Part shown: positions 1 to 11,400 of the stretch, one piece after another
Layout: each line of letters starts with the position of its first letter
Numbering within the stretch: the first letter of the stretch is position 1
Virus record (IMG/VR): IMGVR_UViG_3300032030_000075
Span: 3,187 to 67,186 of that record
DNA: 64,000 bases
DNA from: a virus
Lineage: Duplodnaviria > Caudoviricetes
Strand: one strand, 5' to 3'
The notes under the pieces: generated by a model
Database searches by the model: none
Seen by the model: only the letters and a program-made list of their open reading frames with translations
What the model was told of the DNA's origin: nothing
Translations under genes and position numbers: made by a program

Positions 1-191
1 CCACCAGGAGGCATTCCACCCATTGGGTCTTGTCCCGGTGCTCCACCCATACCTTGTTGGTTTTGTTGCTGATTTGGGTCTTCTTCTCCTTCTTCCTCAA
101 TTGGGAAGCCATAAGATTCTCCCAAAGCCCTGACAAAACGCAAGTGAGCTTCGAAAAGGTTATTTTCTTTTAAGTATTTATAGTTTGCCAT
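1..191 (-). CDS. Hypothetical acidic, Gly/Met/Pro/Gln-rich protein (runs off the window edge; only the N-terminus is visible)
   Basis: ATG at 191 reads MANYKYLKENNLFEAHLRFVRALGESYGFPIEEEGEEDPNQQQNQQGMGGAPGQDPMGGMPP, open to position 1; 9 bp after the stop of the upstream ORF. Confidence 0.8.
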   Translation of the reverse strand, partial: MANYKYLKENNLFEAHLRFVRALGESYGFPIEEEGEEDPNQQQNQQGMGGAPGQDPMGGMPPG

Positions 192-200
192 TGTTCTATA

Positions 201-431
201 TTAGTCTACTAAAAGCTGTTTATTATCTTCAGTTAGAATTGTCTTTGAACTCTCAGTTCTTTCGATTAAACCCTTATCCTTCTTAATTCTCTTAACCTCT
301 TTTTCAGGAGCATTATTAACAATTGCTTCTGCCATTGAAATCTTATCCATAACTTCTGTTTTAATTTCGTTATTTATAGCGTTCTTTTTCTGTGGTTTAA
401 CGCTTTGTGAATGTTTAATTATAAATGCCAT
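201..431 (-). CDS. Hypothetical protein, 76 aa
   Basis: ORF packed co-directionally; TATTTAT motif 23 bp upstream. Confidence 0.75.
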   Translation of the reverse strand: MAFIIKHSQSVKPQKKNAINNEIKTEVMDKISMAEAIVNNAPEKEVKRIKKDKGLIERTESSKTILTEDNKQLLVD

Positions 432-464
432 AATAATTCTATTTTATTTATATATAAATATTAT

Positions 465-878
465 TTACATTAAAAAAGAGCATTTATCTTCTATTTTTGA
501 TAGATTATTTATAGTTAAATTACCGTTTGTAATTAAAATAAGTTTATCTTTGTATAAACTCCAATTAATTTCAACTTCATTATACGGTTTTTCTTCAGTA
601 AAATTATAATTTTCCTCAATTATTCTGTTTAAAGCATTAATTGAGAATAAGCATCCATTTTTAACGTGCAATATCGTTGAATTTGGTATTTTTTTGATAA
701 AATTATCCTTATTATACGTCTTGAATGTTGTTAAATATTCTTTTTCATTAGAATCGATTGAATAAACAAAAACTCTTTCCAAATTGATGTGAAATTTTTG
801 TTTAAGCGTTTCTAAAAACGAAAGAATTCTATTTTTTACTACAAACGTTCCAATTATTACTCCTTTTTTTTCAGACAT
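465..878 (-). CDS. Hypothetical protein, 137 aa
   Basis: ORF in tightly packed minus-strand run. Confidence 0.75.
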   Translation of the reverse strand: MSEKKGVIIGTFVVKNRILSFLETLKQKFHINLERVFVYSIDSNEKEYLTTFKTYNKDNFIKKIPNSTILHVKNGCLFSINALNRIIEENYNFTEEKPYNEVEINWSLYKDKLILITNGNLTINNLSKIEDKCSFLM

Positions 879-883
879 TTTAA

Positions 884-1477
884 TTAAATAATTGACATGA
901 AATATGGAATTACATATTTCTTATTTCCAATTTCTGTTTTTATACTTTTCACACAATCTGAAGCATTGGTACAAATTATATTATTTTTGTTTGAATATAA
1001 TTTTTTAAAAATTTTCTTTATATCTACTTTTATGTATTCCAAAATTGATATTGAAATTCCCAAAATTGCATCATTGTACAAAATATAAAACATATTGTTA
1101 CTTATATAAATATATTTTCTTTCTCCGGAAAATAATATATTATATAATTTTTTTATTTTACTATATTTTAAATTTAATATATTAATATAATAATATTTTA
1201 TATTACTAGATATATTATTTATTATATAATTATAAAAATAGTTTATATCATTCTCAAAGTCAACCCTTTTTTCAGTTTTTTTAAATGTCCAAAATAAGTT
1301 ATCATTGACTTTTTTATCCAAAATTGAGAAATTTTCAATATATTTCTTGGCCAAATCTATGCCAACTATTAAAACAGGTTTCGTTGGGTCTGCCAATGAA
1401 ATATCATCAACAACACCAACGAAATCCTTAACATCTTTTATCTTTCTATCCGTAACAATATAGCCTAATTTTTGCAT
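884..1477 (-). CDS. Hypothetical protein (start revised to MQKLG at 1477)
   Basis: Upstream ATG at 1507 lies at a TATATTTG promoter motif (1497-1504), so the downstream ATG is more plausible. Confidence 0.7.
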   Translation of the reverse strand: MQKLGYIVTDRKIKDVKDFVGVVDDISLADPTKPVLIVGIDLAKKYIENFSILDKKVNDNLFWTFKKTEKRVDFENDINYFYNYIINNISSNIKYYYINILNLKYSKIKKLYNILFSGERKYIYISNNMFYILYNDAILGISISILEYIKVDIKKIFKKLYSNKNNIICTNASDCVKSIKTEIGNKKYVIPYFMSII

Positions 1478-1529
1478 ATTACAATAAATTTTTAAACAAA
1501 TATACAAAAATATTTTTAAAAAAAGAAAT

Positions 1530-4500
1530 TTAACTCCTTAAACATTTACCATTGTAACAAGTTGATGGCTTTTGATTGGTTGATTTTCCATTTCCATTAT
1601 ATTTTATTATCCAGAAAGTACCCGGACCACTGTTACCATAGACATAAGGTTTATTTTGTTTAAAATCACTATACCAACCATTTCCGTCTCCGCAATACAT
1701 GCAAACGTGTCCAACATAATTGAAATCACTTCCTTTAGTCATACCCATAACATCACCAACTTCAGGTTTGTAGTTTTTAAATTCATTTGAATCTGTCTTA
1801 CCTGTTAATTCAAATCTCCATCCTCCTTCATTAACCATGTTAAGAGCCTTTCTATAGCCATTTCCTGAAGGACATTCTATACCGCCAGCAAGCACTGCTT
1901 GTTGAACAGCAAAAGCACATATATGCTTAGATTCACTTAAACCATGTTGTATCAAGAAATTAGCAGCCTTTCCTGCGTCCCAATTTCCAATTTTCATGTT
2001 TTCTTGTAAAACTCCACCAACTCCATTAATGTTATCTTCCATTCCAAGTTCTTTCATAATGCTACTACAATCTTCAATCTTATATTTTTCAAACAACGCT
2101 TCATAATTATCCAATTGATTGTTTGTATCACCTTTTAACTGTTGACTTGGAGAACCATATGCCTTTACCAATGCATAACAGAAATCTTCATGTATTCCAT
2201 CATTATTATTTTCTCCCTTCGGTATAACAACTTTTCCAATCATTTGACTTGGATTATTTTCAGATGTCACTTTGATATTCTTATAAGTGCTACCTTCTTT
2301 AACATGAACCAAAAAAGCAACAGGTAATACGTGTTGTGATGAACCATCTCCTGGTAATATCCAATTAATTGTATCAACTTTATCAGAATATGCTGATAAA
2401 ATCATATCCAATACAGAGCCAAATTTGCTACTGTTATTGCCATTTGTTAGCCATATTGTATCACCATCACTCTTTTCTGTTTTTATACCAATGTTAACTT
2501 TATTTGATGAAGAGGATGAAGTTTTATTTAAAGAATTTAAAAATGCAGTAGCCAAATCAGAAACTTTACCTTTTGCATTTCTTGCAACAGGTGCAGTTGA
2601 TGAAGTATTACTGTTATATGCATTAAAATAAGCTTTTGCTTTCTCTATTCTCAAGTCATTTTCAGCTAAACCTTGCATGCATTTTTTACACCTTTCATAC
2701 ACAGCAGCAAATATCTTTGCAGCCTCTACTGCGCTACTTGCATTATTAAGTAAATCTTTTAAATTCTTACCTGGAAATTGCTTCCAATATTCATAATTTA
2801 GCTTTTTATTATAGTTTGGTATTTTTGCATATGATTTAATTATGCTATTATGCAGAAATTCTAATTGTTTGTCTGCGCTTGGTAAATCTGATGATGTAAT
2901 TGAACGCGAGCATGATGGGTCTGTAGCTGTACCATATGGGTTTCCATTAACCAAATCACATAGATTTGTAGCGTTCCACATACACAATCCGCCTGATTTA
3001 TATCCATTACTATCAACAATTAAGTTATTGGCTTTAAAAAGAGATTCTTCCCACATATTACCGACTATTCCGGCTGCTGCTGATGTAGAATAGCCAAATG
3101 AAATTAACTTGCTCATTAAAGATTTGGCACTATCCTTTTCTGAACCACTTAATTTAACATTACCATCATCAATTACCAACGGATATACCTTATATGGACA
3201 GTTATTAGCAACTCCTGCTGTTAATTCTTTAACTGATACACTATCAGAATTTCCATTTTCTTCACCATTTCCTGTTTGATTATTTCTTTCTCTTATAGAA
3301 TCCTCACGTGCAATTCTCGTGCAAACATTTGACATTCTAACGCCAACAAATTTTGTAACCATATTACCAGGTTCTATATGGTGAGACACCTTTTCTATCA
3401 AATAAGTGCCTCTAAACATTGGAACATTGTTTAACACAAAGTACATAAGAGGCTGTACCCATGCACAACCCATCATTGTTACCGTACATGTGTATGAGTT
3501 ATTTGAATAAATTGAAAATAAATCTTGGCCATAAGTATAAATTTTAGACCTATCGCCGGTTTGTTCTCCGGTGTTGTTTTGACAAGCAATAGCAAATTGA
3601 GCCTTAATTGATTGCTCAGTTACAATTGGGCTATCCATCGACACATCAACATCTTTAAAATAACTTTGATACATTTTTCCATAAGAAACCCCAAAAGCTG
3701 GAATATTATATCTTGTTGATGAATTTGCGTTTCTTGATGTCAACGCCTCTGGCCATTTGTTCGTTGTACTTGGCGGTTGATTTATCATAAAGCCATCATT
3801 TTCATATTCACTGTTTTCGATGTCAAGATAATTTGATGACTCATATGGATACATAACAATGAAATTTGGATGGTCTTTTATATATCTTATTTCATTGAAT
3901 GATATTGTATCAAACATTTTTTCAAGATTTTTCTTATCTCCCAAATCTATAAAGTTTTGCACACATAAGAAATTAAGTTTATTTTGTTGATATAATCCTG
4001 ATAAAAATGATAATAATGAGAATTGTTCATTTCTGTAGCAACTAACAACTCTATCGCAAAAATCTCCTATGTTAATTTTAATGAATTCGGCTTTGTTGTA
4101 ATAAGCGTCTATGAAATAAAAATACTTATCTTCTCTATTATCATCAAAAAATGCTTCTATTGTCAAAGATTTATTAAATTCTTCTTCACTTATACCAGCA
4201 ATCCATTTATCATAAATCATCTTGCAATATCTATATATACCAATTTTTATATCATCATTGGAATCGTCTGGTTCTTTTGCTTGTGATATTTGTGTGCTTA
4301 CTCCATCACTGTCAACTTTAATATTTTGTATTACTGATAAGAATCCATTAAAGAATTGAATTAATTCACCAGTATCTGCTTTAGGAACAATATCATTTGT
4401 TTCATTAAAGTATTTACTATTTTTAGAAAAAATACACCCAGCTAAAGCGAAATTACAAGCGTGTATTGCACTTGGTCCTCCGTCTCTAATTCCGAGTCTT

Positions 4501-7500
4501 AAGCCTATTGTTCCATCTTCTGAACTTCCTTTTGAATCTTCATCAATTGTTATGTAGTTTCTGAAGAAATTGTCATCCAATTCGCCTTTTAAGAAATCCA
4601 TTATTGAATTGTATGACTCGTCAAATTTCTTAATATCTTCATTTTTCCCTCCAAAAACGCCATTGTCTTCAATTTCAGGAATTTTTAAAAAGAATTCTTC
4701 ATATGTTCTTTCCTTATTTCCATCTTTGTGAATCAAATGAAGTTCAAGCCCCTCTCTCATTTCGTTAAATGAACGCAATAATGAGTCATTTTTGATGCCA
4801 TTGTTAATCCAATTACTGAATATGCCCATTAAACGTTCTATAACACTTCTATTAAGCGTTTTAAGAGCGTCTACTTGGTCTTTATAATGGTATGTGGTAA
4901 TCTTACCATCTGACAATGCTTTCTTGCCCTCAGAGGTAGTTTCTGCCCATAATAGAGCACCCGCAAATAATACAGCAGGTAACGGTATTACTTGCATTGT
5001 TCTTTGCTTATTGCAAATAAATTGCAAAATAATCTTATGATAATTTATAGCATAACCAAGAGAAGCCAAAAACAATAATGCTTTTGCTTTAACATCTTTT
5101 TGCCAATAATATAATAATTCTCCAAATATAGAAACATCTCTATTTGGTTCTAAATCAGTATCAACACCAGGAAATTCTGTAAATGTGAAATCTCTATAGT
5201 TAAATTCCTCTAAGTATTTAGTATATCCATCTGACCCCTTTCGCTTAACATCATTTCCATCTTTATCTTTCCAACCCTTGACCCATATTTGTCCACTTCC
5301 ACCGTTTCCTGGATACTCTTTATTAAAATAATTCATATTATACCCATGTTCAAACGATTCGTTTGAAAAAGCGTTTTTAGAAGTTGGAAGCATACAAGAG
5401 CCATTAGAAGGAGTTATTGCTGATGCATTTTCTATTATATATGCTATAATATTTTGTGCATTACTATCATTAAGGCAATTATCTTTATAAAAAGTTGATG
5501 AATACTTACACTCTTTTAAGAATTTTTCTTGATAATACCCAATATTGTCAATTCCTGTTAATTGTGATTCAGCAATAGTTGAAAATCTATTTATATTTGT
5601 ATCATATGTAAATGAATTTTCTTTGGCTATAACTCTATTTGATTTTGTATCTCTATATGGTGATGTGTTTATATAATCATTACTATAATGTGATTTTGTA
5701 GATTGCTTTGTTTCATTGTTTATTTTACTCCAAGATAAATTTTGATATGGTATAGTAAATCCAGAATTAGCGAAACAAATATTCAAACTACCATCAGCAT
5801 TTATTATCCCTCTATTTGCTTCTCCGTTAAATTGCCAAGGCCAAGAGTCACCGGTCTTCCTTATTCTTCCTTCAGAACCCATCATCATTTCAAGAATATC
5901 ATCTCCATTAAGCCCTGAAATTTTTTCACTAAAATCTTTATTTACTTTGTTATTACTAAGGAAATTATAAGCCTCAGCCTCTCCTAAAGCAGTGGCTTGA
6001 GAACCCCAATCTTGGAAATTAGTGGTAGACAATATTTGTACGGCCCTTAAACCAACAAGTCCTAAAACGTTAGGTAAATCATTAGAGTCTAATATACCGT
6101 CTAAATATGGCTTACTATCAGCAATCATATCAAGTGGTGTTAATGGATATTTGGTAACAGATGTATTTGAAGTTGTAGAACCACCACCATTACCTGCCCC
6201 TTCTGAGTCTTCGTATTTCTGTATATCTTTAGCAATTTCCTTTACACCATTTATAATTCCATGAACAAGGTCTTTTTCTCTAAAATCTCCTTCATAATTT
6301 CCTACCCAAGATTCTTCTCTTATTGTAGAGTTTTCTCTTTTAACTTCAGTTGTTACTTTTGGGAATGGTGGAACTATAGTAGCTTTATCATTGTCTTTAT
6401 TCTTTATATCAGAAAAGTCTCTTATATCTCCAACACGTAAAGATTCTATTGTTCTTGCGGGTTTTTGACCACATATGATTTTAGATGTTTCAAAAATCAT
6501 CCTTGCAAACGTCTCAAAATGAGCCATTACAATTTTTGTAATATTTTCTACTGTAGGATGAAAGCCTAATGCTTTAGAAACAGCAGTATCGTGTAATTTT
6601 TCAATTTCTTTTTCTACTTCTTTTGTTCTTTCGCCATTTGCTTCCTTGTAAGATTCTAATATGTTAACAAACCCATTATCATAAAAATAATAAGCATATT
6701 TATTGTTTAATAGCCTGCTTACGTTTTCCTTATTACTTTCATTAACTCCTTGTTTGAATAAATTATAAAGTTCTTCGTTGTCGCTTTTAATATCGTCATT
6801 TACTTTATCTTCCATAAATACTTTTTTCTTATCAGCGGCAGAAAAAATCCTTTGTTTTGAATCAAACTCATGAAATTTACTTACTTCGGGCAATTTTTCA
6901 TCCGGGAATTCAGAATTATACTTTTCTAATTCCTCAACAAATGTATCATAATAGTTATCTAATTGGCTTGTTTCTTCAAAACAATCTTCAAAATCATCTC
7001 CTGATATTTCATCAGCTATCAAAATAATAGAACTTTTAGGAACTCCATTTTTGCTATTAACAGAATAATACATGAGTTTTAATTCATCTTCTGAATATTT
7101 TCTTTTGACAATTCTTGAAATTTCTCTCGCATAATTGCTATAAGCTATTTCTATATTTTGATACCTTTCTGATTTTTTATCAAGTGTTACTTTTTCTTGA
7201 GCTGTGGGGTCAGATTGAGAAATTCTATCTGCCATAGACTCGATGTCTTTCATTTTGTTTATGAGCCATCCAATCTTTGGCATCGCTATTTCATTTTCTG
7301 AAGTTCCTGTAATTTTAAATTTTCTACTTTCCCAGTATTTTGCTCCAATATAATCAGAATAAGGTGCAGCAACCAATCCATTCATCATAACATCATTTAG
7401 AAATGAAAAATGGTATCCTACAAATTTAGCTGTACAACCAAAATTACCTGTTTTTGAGTCAAATCTTCCTCTAAAATCAGCACAAGTTAATTCATATGAA

Positions 7501-8123
7501 ACAGGATTTCCATAAAAACCCTTTACATATAACCTAAACTTTGGATATGGAAACGTGAAAAAACATTGGAAAAAAGTATTTGCAATATCAGTATATTTTT
7601 CTCCATTTATTGCCTTATCTGATATTAAACTTGACTCATATAACTCTTTTTGAGCAAATAATGCGACTCCACGAATATCAGTGAATTCTATTGTTACTTC
7701 AGGAACCATATAACTGTTATATGCAATATCAATAGAATTAATACCAAACATTTCAGTTGAAGGACCATTTTTCTTTAAATCTCCAAGATATATGTCTGTG
7801 TAGTTGGTGGTTAAAGAGTTCATAGTAACTCCACTTTCTCCAATAGGCACTTTAGAGCCTTGCATGAAATTAATTGAACTATCGCCATCCAATTTTGTCA
7901 TGTAACTTAACACCATAGTTTTACCATTTGAAGATTTACTTGTCTGTACATTTCTACCTCTTGTTTCAACTTCAAGGTTAACAAAAACACAATAATCCTC
8001 AAGTGGTGGCGTAAACTCATAAGTATTGAGCCCATTTGCATCATATTCCTCAACAGAATTGATGTAATTAGGCTCTACATATACTATATTATTTTCTATT
8101 CTTCCAACTCTTGTTTTTCCCAT
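1530..8123 (-). CDS. Large baseplate hub / tail-associated lysin with phage tail lysozyme domain and C-terminal CHAP/NlpC-P60-like amidase
   Basis: 2197 aa; AAAGIVGNMWEES...GLCMWN...AAKIFAAVYER lysozyme-type motifs; C-terminal HICAFAVQQAV...GHVCMY...WYSDFKQ Cys/His pair; hub-like CTVTMMG...GTYLIEKVSHHI segment; downstream of tape measure gene. Confidence 0.75.
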   Translation of the reverse strand: MGKTRVGRIENNIVYVEPNYINSVEEYDANGLNTYEFTPPLEDYCVFVNLEVETRGRNVQTSKSSNGKTMVLSYMTKLDGDSSINFMQGSKVPIGESGVTMNSLTTNYTDIYLGDLKKNGPSTEMFGINSIDIAYNSYMVPEVTIEFTDIRGVALFAQKELYESSLISDKAINGEKYTDIANTFFQCFFTFPYPKFRLYVKGFYGNPVSYELTCADFRGRFDSKTGNFGCTAKFVGYHFSFLNDVMMNGLVAAPYSDYIGAKYWESRKFKITGTSENEIAMPKIGWLINKMKDIESMADRISQSDPTAQEKVTLDKKSERYQNIEIAYSNYAREISRIVKRKYSEDELKLMYYSVNSKNGVPKSSIILIADEISGDDFEDCFEETSQLDNYYDTFVEELEKYNSEFPDEKLPEVSKFHEFDSKQRIFSAADKKKVFMEDKVNDDIKSDNEELYNLFKQGVNESNKENVSRLLNNKYAYYFYDNGFVNILESYKEANGERTKEVEKEIEKLHDTAVSKALGFHPTVENITKIVMAHFETFARMIFETSKIICGQKPARTIESLRVGDIRDFSDIKNKDNDKATIVPPFPKVTTEVKRENSTIREESWVGNYEGDFREKDLVHGIINGVKEIAKDIQKYEDSEGAGNGGGSTTSNTSVTKYPLTPLDMIADSKPYLDGILDSNDLPNVLGLVGLRAVQILSTTNFQDWGSQATALGEAEAYNFLSNNKVNKDFSEKISGLNGDDILEMMMGSEGRIRKTGDSWPWQFNGEANRGIINADGSLNICFANSGFTIPYQNLSWSKINNETKQSTKSHYSNDYINTSPYRDTKSNRVIAKENSFTYDTNINRFSTIAESQLTGIDNIGYYQEKFLKECKYSSTFYKDNCLNDSNAQNIIAYIIENASAITPSNGSCMLPTSKNAFSNESFEHGYNMNYFNKEYPGNGGSGQIWVKGWKDKDGNDVKRKGSDGYTKYLEEFNYRDFTFTEFPGVDTDLEPNRDVSIFGELLYYWQKDVKAKALLFLASLGYAINYHKIILQFICNKQRTMQVIPLPAVLFAGALLWAETTSEGKKALSDGKITTYHYKDQVDALKTLNRSVIERLMGIFSNWINNGIKNDSLLRSFNEMREGLELHLIHKDGNKERTYEEFFLKIPEIEDNGVFGGKNEDIKKFDESYNSIMDFLKGELDDNFFRNYITIDEDSKGSSEDGTIGLRLGIRDGGPSAIHACNFALAGCIFSKNSKYFNETNDIVPKADTGELIQFFNGFLSVIQNIKVDSDGVSTQISQAKEPDDSNDDIKIGIYRYCKMIYDKWIAGISEEEFNKSLTIEAFFDDNREDKYFYFIDAYYNKAEFIKINIGDFCDRVVSCYRNEQFSLLSFLSGLYQQNKLNFLCVQNFIDLGDKKNLEKMFDTISFNEIRYIKDHPNFIVMYPYESSNYLDIENSEYENDGFMINQPPSTTNKWPEALTSRNANSSTRYNIPAFGVSYGKMYQSYFKDVDVSMDSPIVTEQSIKAQFAIACQNNTGEQTGDRSKIYTYGQDLFSIYSNNSYTCTVTMMGCAWVQPLMYFVLNNVPMFRGTYLIEKVSHHIEPGNMVTKFVGVRMSNVCTRIAREDSIRERNNQTGNGEENGNSDSVSVKELTAGVANNCPYKVYPLVIDDGNVKLSGSEKDSAKSLMSKLISFGYSTSAAAGIVGNMWEESLFKANNLIVDSNGYKSGGLCMWNATNLCDLVNGNPYGTATDPSCSRSITSSDLPSADKQLEFLHNSIIKSYAKIPNYNKKLNYEYWKQFPGKNLKDLLNNASSAVEAAKIFAAVYERCKKCMQGLAENDLRIEKAKAYFNAYNSNTSSTAPVARNAKGKVSDLATAFLNSLNKTSSSSSNKVNIGIKTEKSDGDTIWLTNGNNSSKFGSVLDMILSAYSDKVDTINWILPGDGSSQHVLPVAFLVHVKEGSTYKNIKVTSENNPSQMIGKVVIPKGENNNDGIHEDFCYALVKAYGSPSQQLKGDTNNQLDNYEALFEKYKIEDCSSIMKELGMEDNINGVGGVLQENMKIGNWDAGKAANFLIQHGLSESKHICAFAVQQAVLAGGIECPSGNGYRKALNMVNEGGWRFELTGKTDSNEFKNYKPEVGDVMGMTKGSDFNYVGHVCMYCGDGNGWYSDFKQNKPYVYGNSGPGTFWIIKYNGNGKSTNQKPSTCYNGKCLRS

Positions 8124-8131
8124 TTCAACTT

Positions 8132-8452
8132 TTAAGTTAAACCATATAATTCTTCATAAACATCAATATCATTATTATATTGCGCTATCACTGCTTCCAA
8201 TGGATAAGGAATTCTAATTCTCGCCCCGTCTGGTATTTTAAACTCCAATGAACCATATTCAGGATTGGCTTGCATTATCAACCAATCATAGTTTGCGTCA
8301 CCATAATATTGATATGATAACAAATCAAGCCTTGTCTTACCTGCAACATAATATGTATAATAATCAGTTGTTCTTTTAGGTATTTCTATAAATGGGACAT
8401 GTAATATTGCCCCATTTCTTCTAAATTTATAATAACGGTCGTAAGATGCCAT
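8132..8452 (-). CDS. Small baseplate protein, LysM-like (T4 gp53 / P2 gpX class)
   Basis: RLDLLSYQYYGDANYDWLIMQANP...IPDGARIRIP pattern; position between baseplate genes. Confidence 0.8.
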   Translation of the reverse strand: MASYDRYYKFRRNGAILHVPFIEIPKRTTDYYTYYVAGKTRLDLLSYQYYGDANYDWLIMQANPEYGSLEFKIPDGARIRIPYPLEAVIAQYNNDIDVYEELYGLT

Positions 8453-8456
8453 AGTT

Positions 8457-11400
8457 TTAAACTGTTAAATTCTTAGTTCCAAGTTTAGTTATATTTCCAT
8501 CCTCATCATAATCAGCCAATTCAGCCCTATCATCATATACCTCAGTATTTGCATAATAGTTAAATGAAAGAGCATTTTGTAACCTTGTAATATGCCCAGC
8601 AAGACTGCTACCACCAATAAACTTAAATCTCATATTAATGTCAGCAATCATTGGCATAACTCCAATACCCTCTGTATTTAAATCCCACATCAATGGGTCA
8701 TAGCTTATTGATAAACTATCTATCAATATCTTGGTATAATAGAAATCACCAATTCTTAATATACATACAGGAGGTCTACCAAATGATAAGTTATTTGCTG
8801 TATTGTCAACAGCGAAATTATCACTTTGGCCAATTGTCGGTCCTTGTCTTGTACATTGCTGCAAGAACGTTAATCTTGCATTAAATCCTTCAGGACTTAT
8901 TGAATGGAATGCAGGGTCAAAATACTTAATTTTATCACTTATTTTATGATGCAAGAATGGTTCTTCCTTTTCCAACATTGAGAAGAACTTTGCCTCATTG
9001 TCATATCTTGTAGGCTTATTATTCTTAGTTCCTTCTCTTTCTGTTACATTATTTGCTCCAGTATCATTAAATATGTCAGAAGGCAAATAACTTGCAGGAT
9101 TAACAACAGCACCTGCTTTGGTGTCATTGTTATGAGTCATTATTTGATTTAAAATGTTTCCACTCTTTCCTCTATCTCCAACAATATATCCATTAGAATC
9201 ATAATTAAAATACTTATAATGTTCAGAAAAATCAGCAACAGCCCCATACAAACTGTTAAGGTTTACATTTCCTCCCCTAACACTTGCCCCAACGTTAAAC
9301 GCCAATCTATTAATATTATCACTTAAAGCATTCATTCTAATGCTTTTAACTCTATCCTTTAAAGCCCTTTCAGCAATTAATTCATTTTCGCCCCTATCAT
9401 CAAAATAAATTCTATCATCAATGTATGTTTGTTCAGTATTACCTGTCTTATAATTAGTTTGATACATATCATCAATACTTGTTTGAGAATCTATTGGCGT
9501 GTTTGGGTCAGTAGTCATAAATTGTTCCTTTGTGGAGTTTTGTATAGTATTTGATGCTGCTGTTTTAAACTTGATTGTTACACAAGTACTTCTCCAAAGT
9601 TTATTATTTAATGAACTTTCATCGCCATTATTAATGCCACTACCTTCTCCTCCAATTTCTCCTGGAGTAGCCTTTACTGTATTTGCGTCGAACTTATTAC
9701 TCTTTTTACATAACCAATTTTTTACTGTAAATGCCCTATCTTTTCTAAGTTCGTTGTTAAGTTTATCGTGGCCTTGAACTGAAGCCGTTCCAACACATTC
9801 AACGCTTTCAATTTGATACCTATTTATTAAACTTTTAAACAAATTAACTTTTTTAGCATCATAAAGACCTTCTAATACGGTTACTGCGTCACCGCCTTCC
9901 AATGCAACATACACATCAGCTAAGCTGAATAAATAATCTGTGTCTTCAATAGAAAAATGTTTGGCTACAATATCCAAACCGGATTTTGAATTTAAGCAAT
10001 AACTTGCGCTATCTGTATAGCTTTCTTTTTTCAAAAGTTGGTTTTTATAATCATTGTCTACCCTATAATACCATTTTCTTTCCCACCATGTGTTTGTGCT
10101 ATCACCTTCTTGCACATATAATGATGTTTTTCCATCATTACAATGTAACCCATTGCCATAATTACCTACCTTTATGTCAGCAATAAAGCCATTATTATAA
10201 GTGGTTTCATCAACACTTCTTATAATACTTATAGGTTTATCTGGACGCATTTCATAACCACCATATCCATTATCAGTCTTTGCATATTGTATATCATAAT
10301 CGGTTGTCTTATCTTCCATATAACAACCCTTAGATGCGCTATAATGCCATCTTTTTTCCTTACCGGCTCCTAACCCATTGGTTAAGTATTTCATAGCAAA
10401 ATCAACATCGTCATCTTTACCACTATAGTTGTTAGGGAAAAAGACATAGAATTTTAATTCCTTAACATCAGGAGAAGGAATTGCTTCATCATATACTGCA
10501 TTTTCTTCTTCAGATTCAGGAGATGGTTTAGCAGTAAGCATATCGCACCCAGCAAAGAATCTTAATATCTCTTGTTCAGGGTCCTTTGTTTCATCAACAG
10601 AATTTGAGCCACTCTTTCCCTTATTTTCCCAATAGTTTATAATTGAAGGGTGGTCAATTAATATTTTAAAACTTAAGTTACCTGTTCTTGTGGTATTTGT
10701 GTATGTATATATTCCTTCACCACGTCCAATGAAATTATTTTCATTCCAATTAACACTAACATCTTCATTAAATTTCAAGTCATACGGTGGAAACCACATT
10801 ATTCTACCACCAAATGGTCCTTTTTGTTCAGATGATAACCCACCGGCTTGGAATGTTTCTCTTGATGCTGCGTCTGTGCTAAATGCTCCCTTCCAAGCAA
10901 GGTTTTCAATTGAAAACATACAGTTTTTAATATCGACCTTTTTATTTGGGTTGCCATTATCAATTGGTGTTATATTAACAAGGCCATTATTTTTATTTAA
11001 CGTGCCAAACCTTTCAAGTCTTTGTCTGCCGTTATCAAAGCCAATGTCAGAATGGTCTGCTGTGAATTCTTTAAAGCCATACTTATTATATAAATCATTT
11101 GCGTCCAATCCCAAAGGTCTTATAGCGTCTTTTAATCTGTGATATTGATGATGGAATGTCCATACCCTACAATATGGATTTTCATAGCCTTCAGAATCAT
11201 CAGGAGAAAGTTTTAATAAGTTTCTGCCATGAGATAAACCATACTTTTTACTTACTGCTGTTTGAGTAGTATCAGTCATATCATCCTCGCTTGAGTCTGT
11301 ATGAAAACGAGCTATGATTGTTTTGTATTCGCCCTTTTTAAAAGCATCATTTGTCTTTTTAAGAATATCATTTGCAGTTAAACCTGTACTATATGAAGTA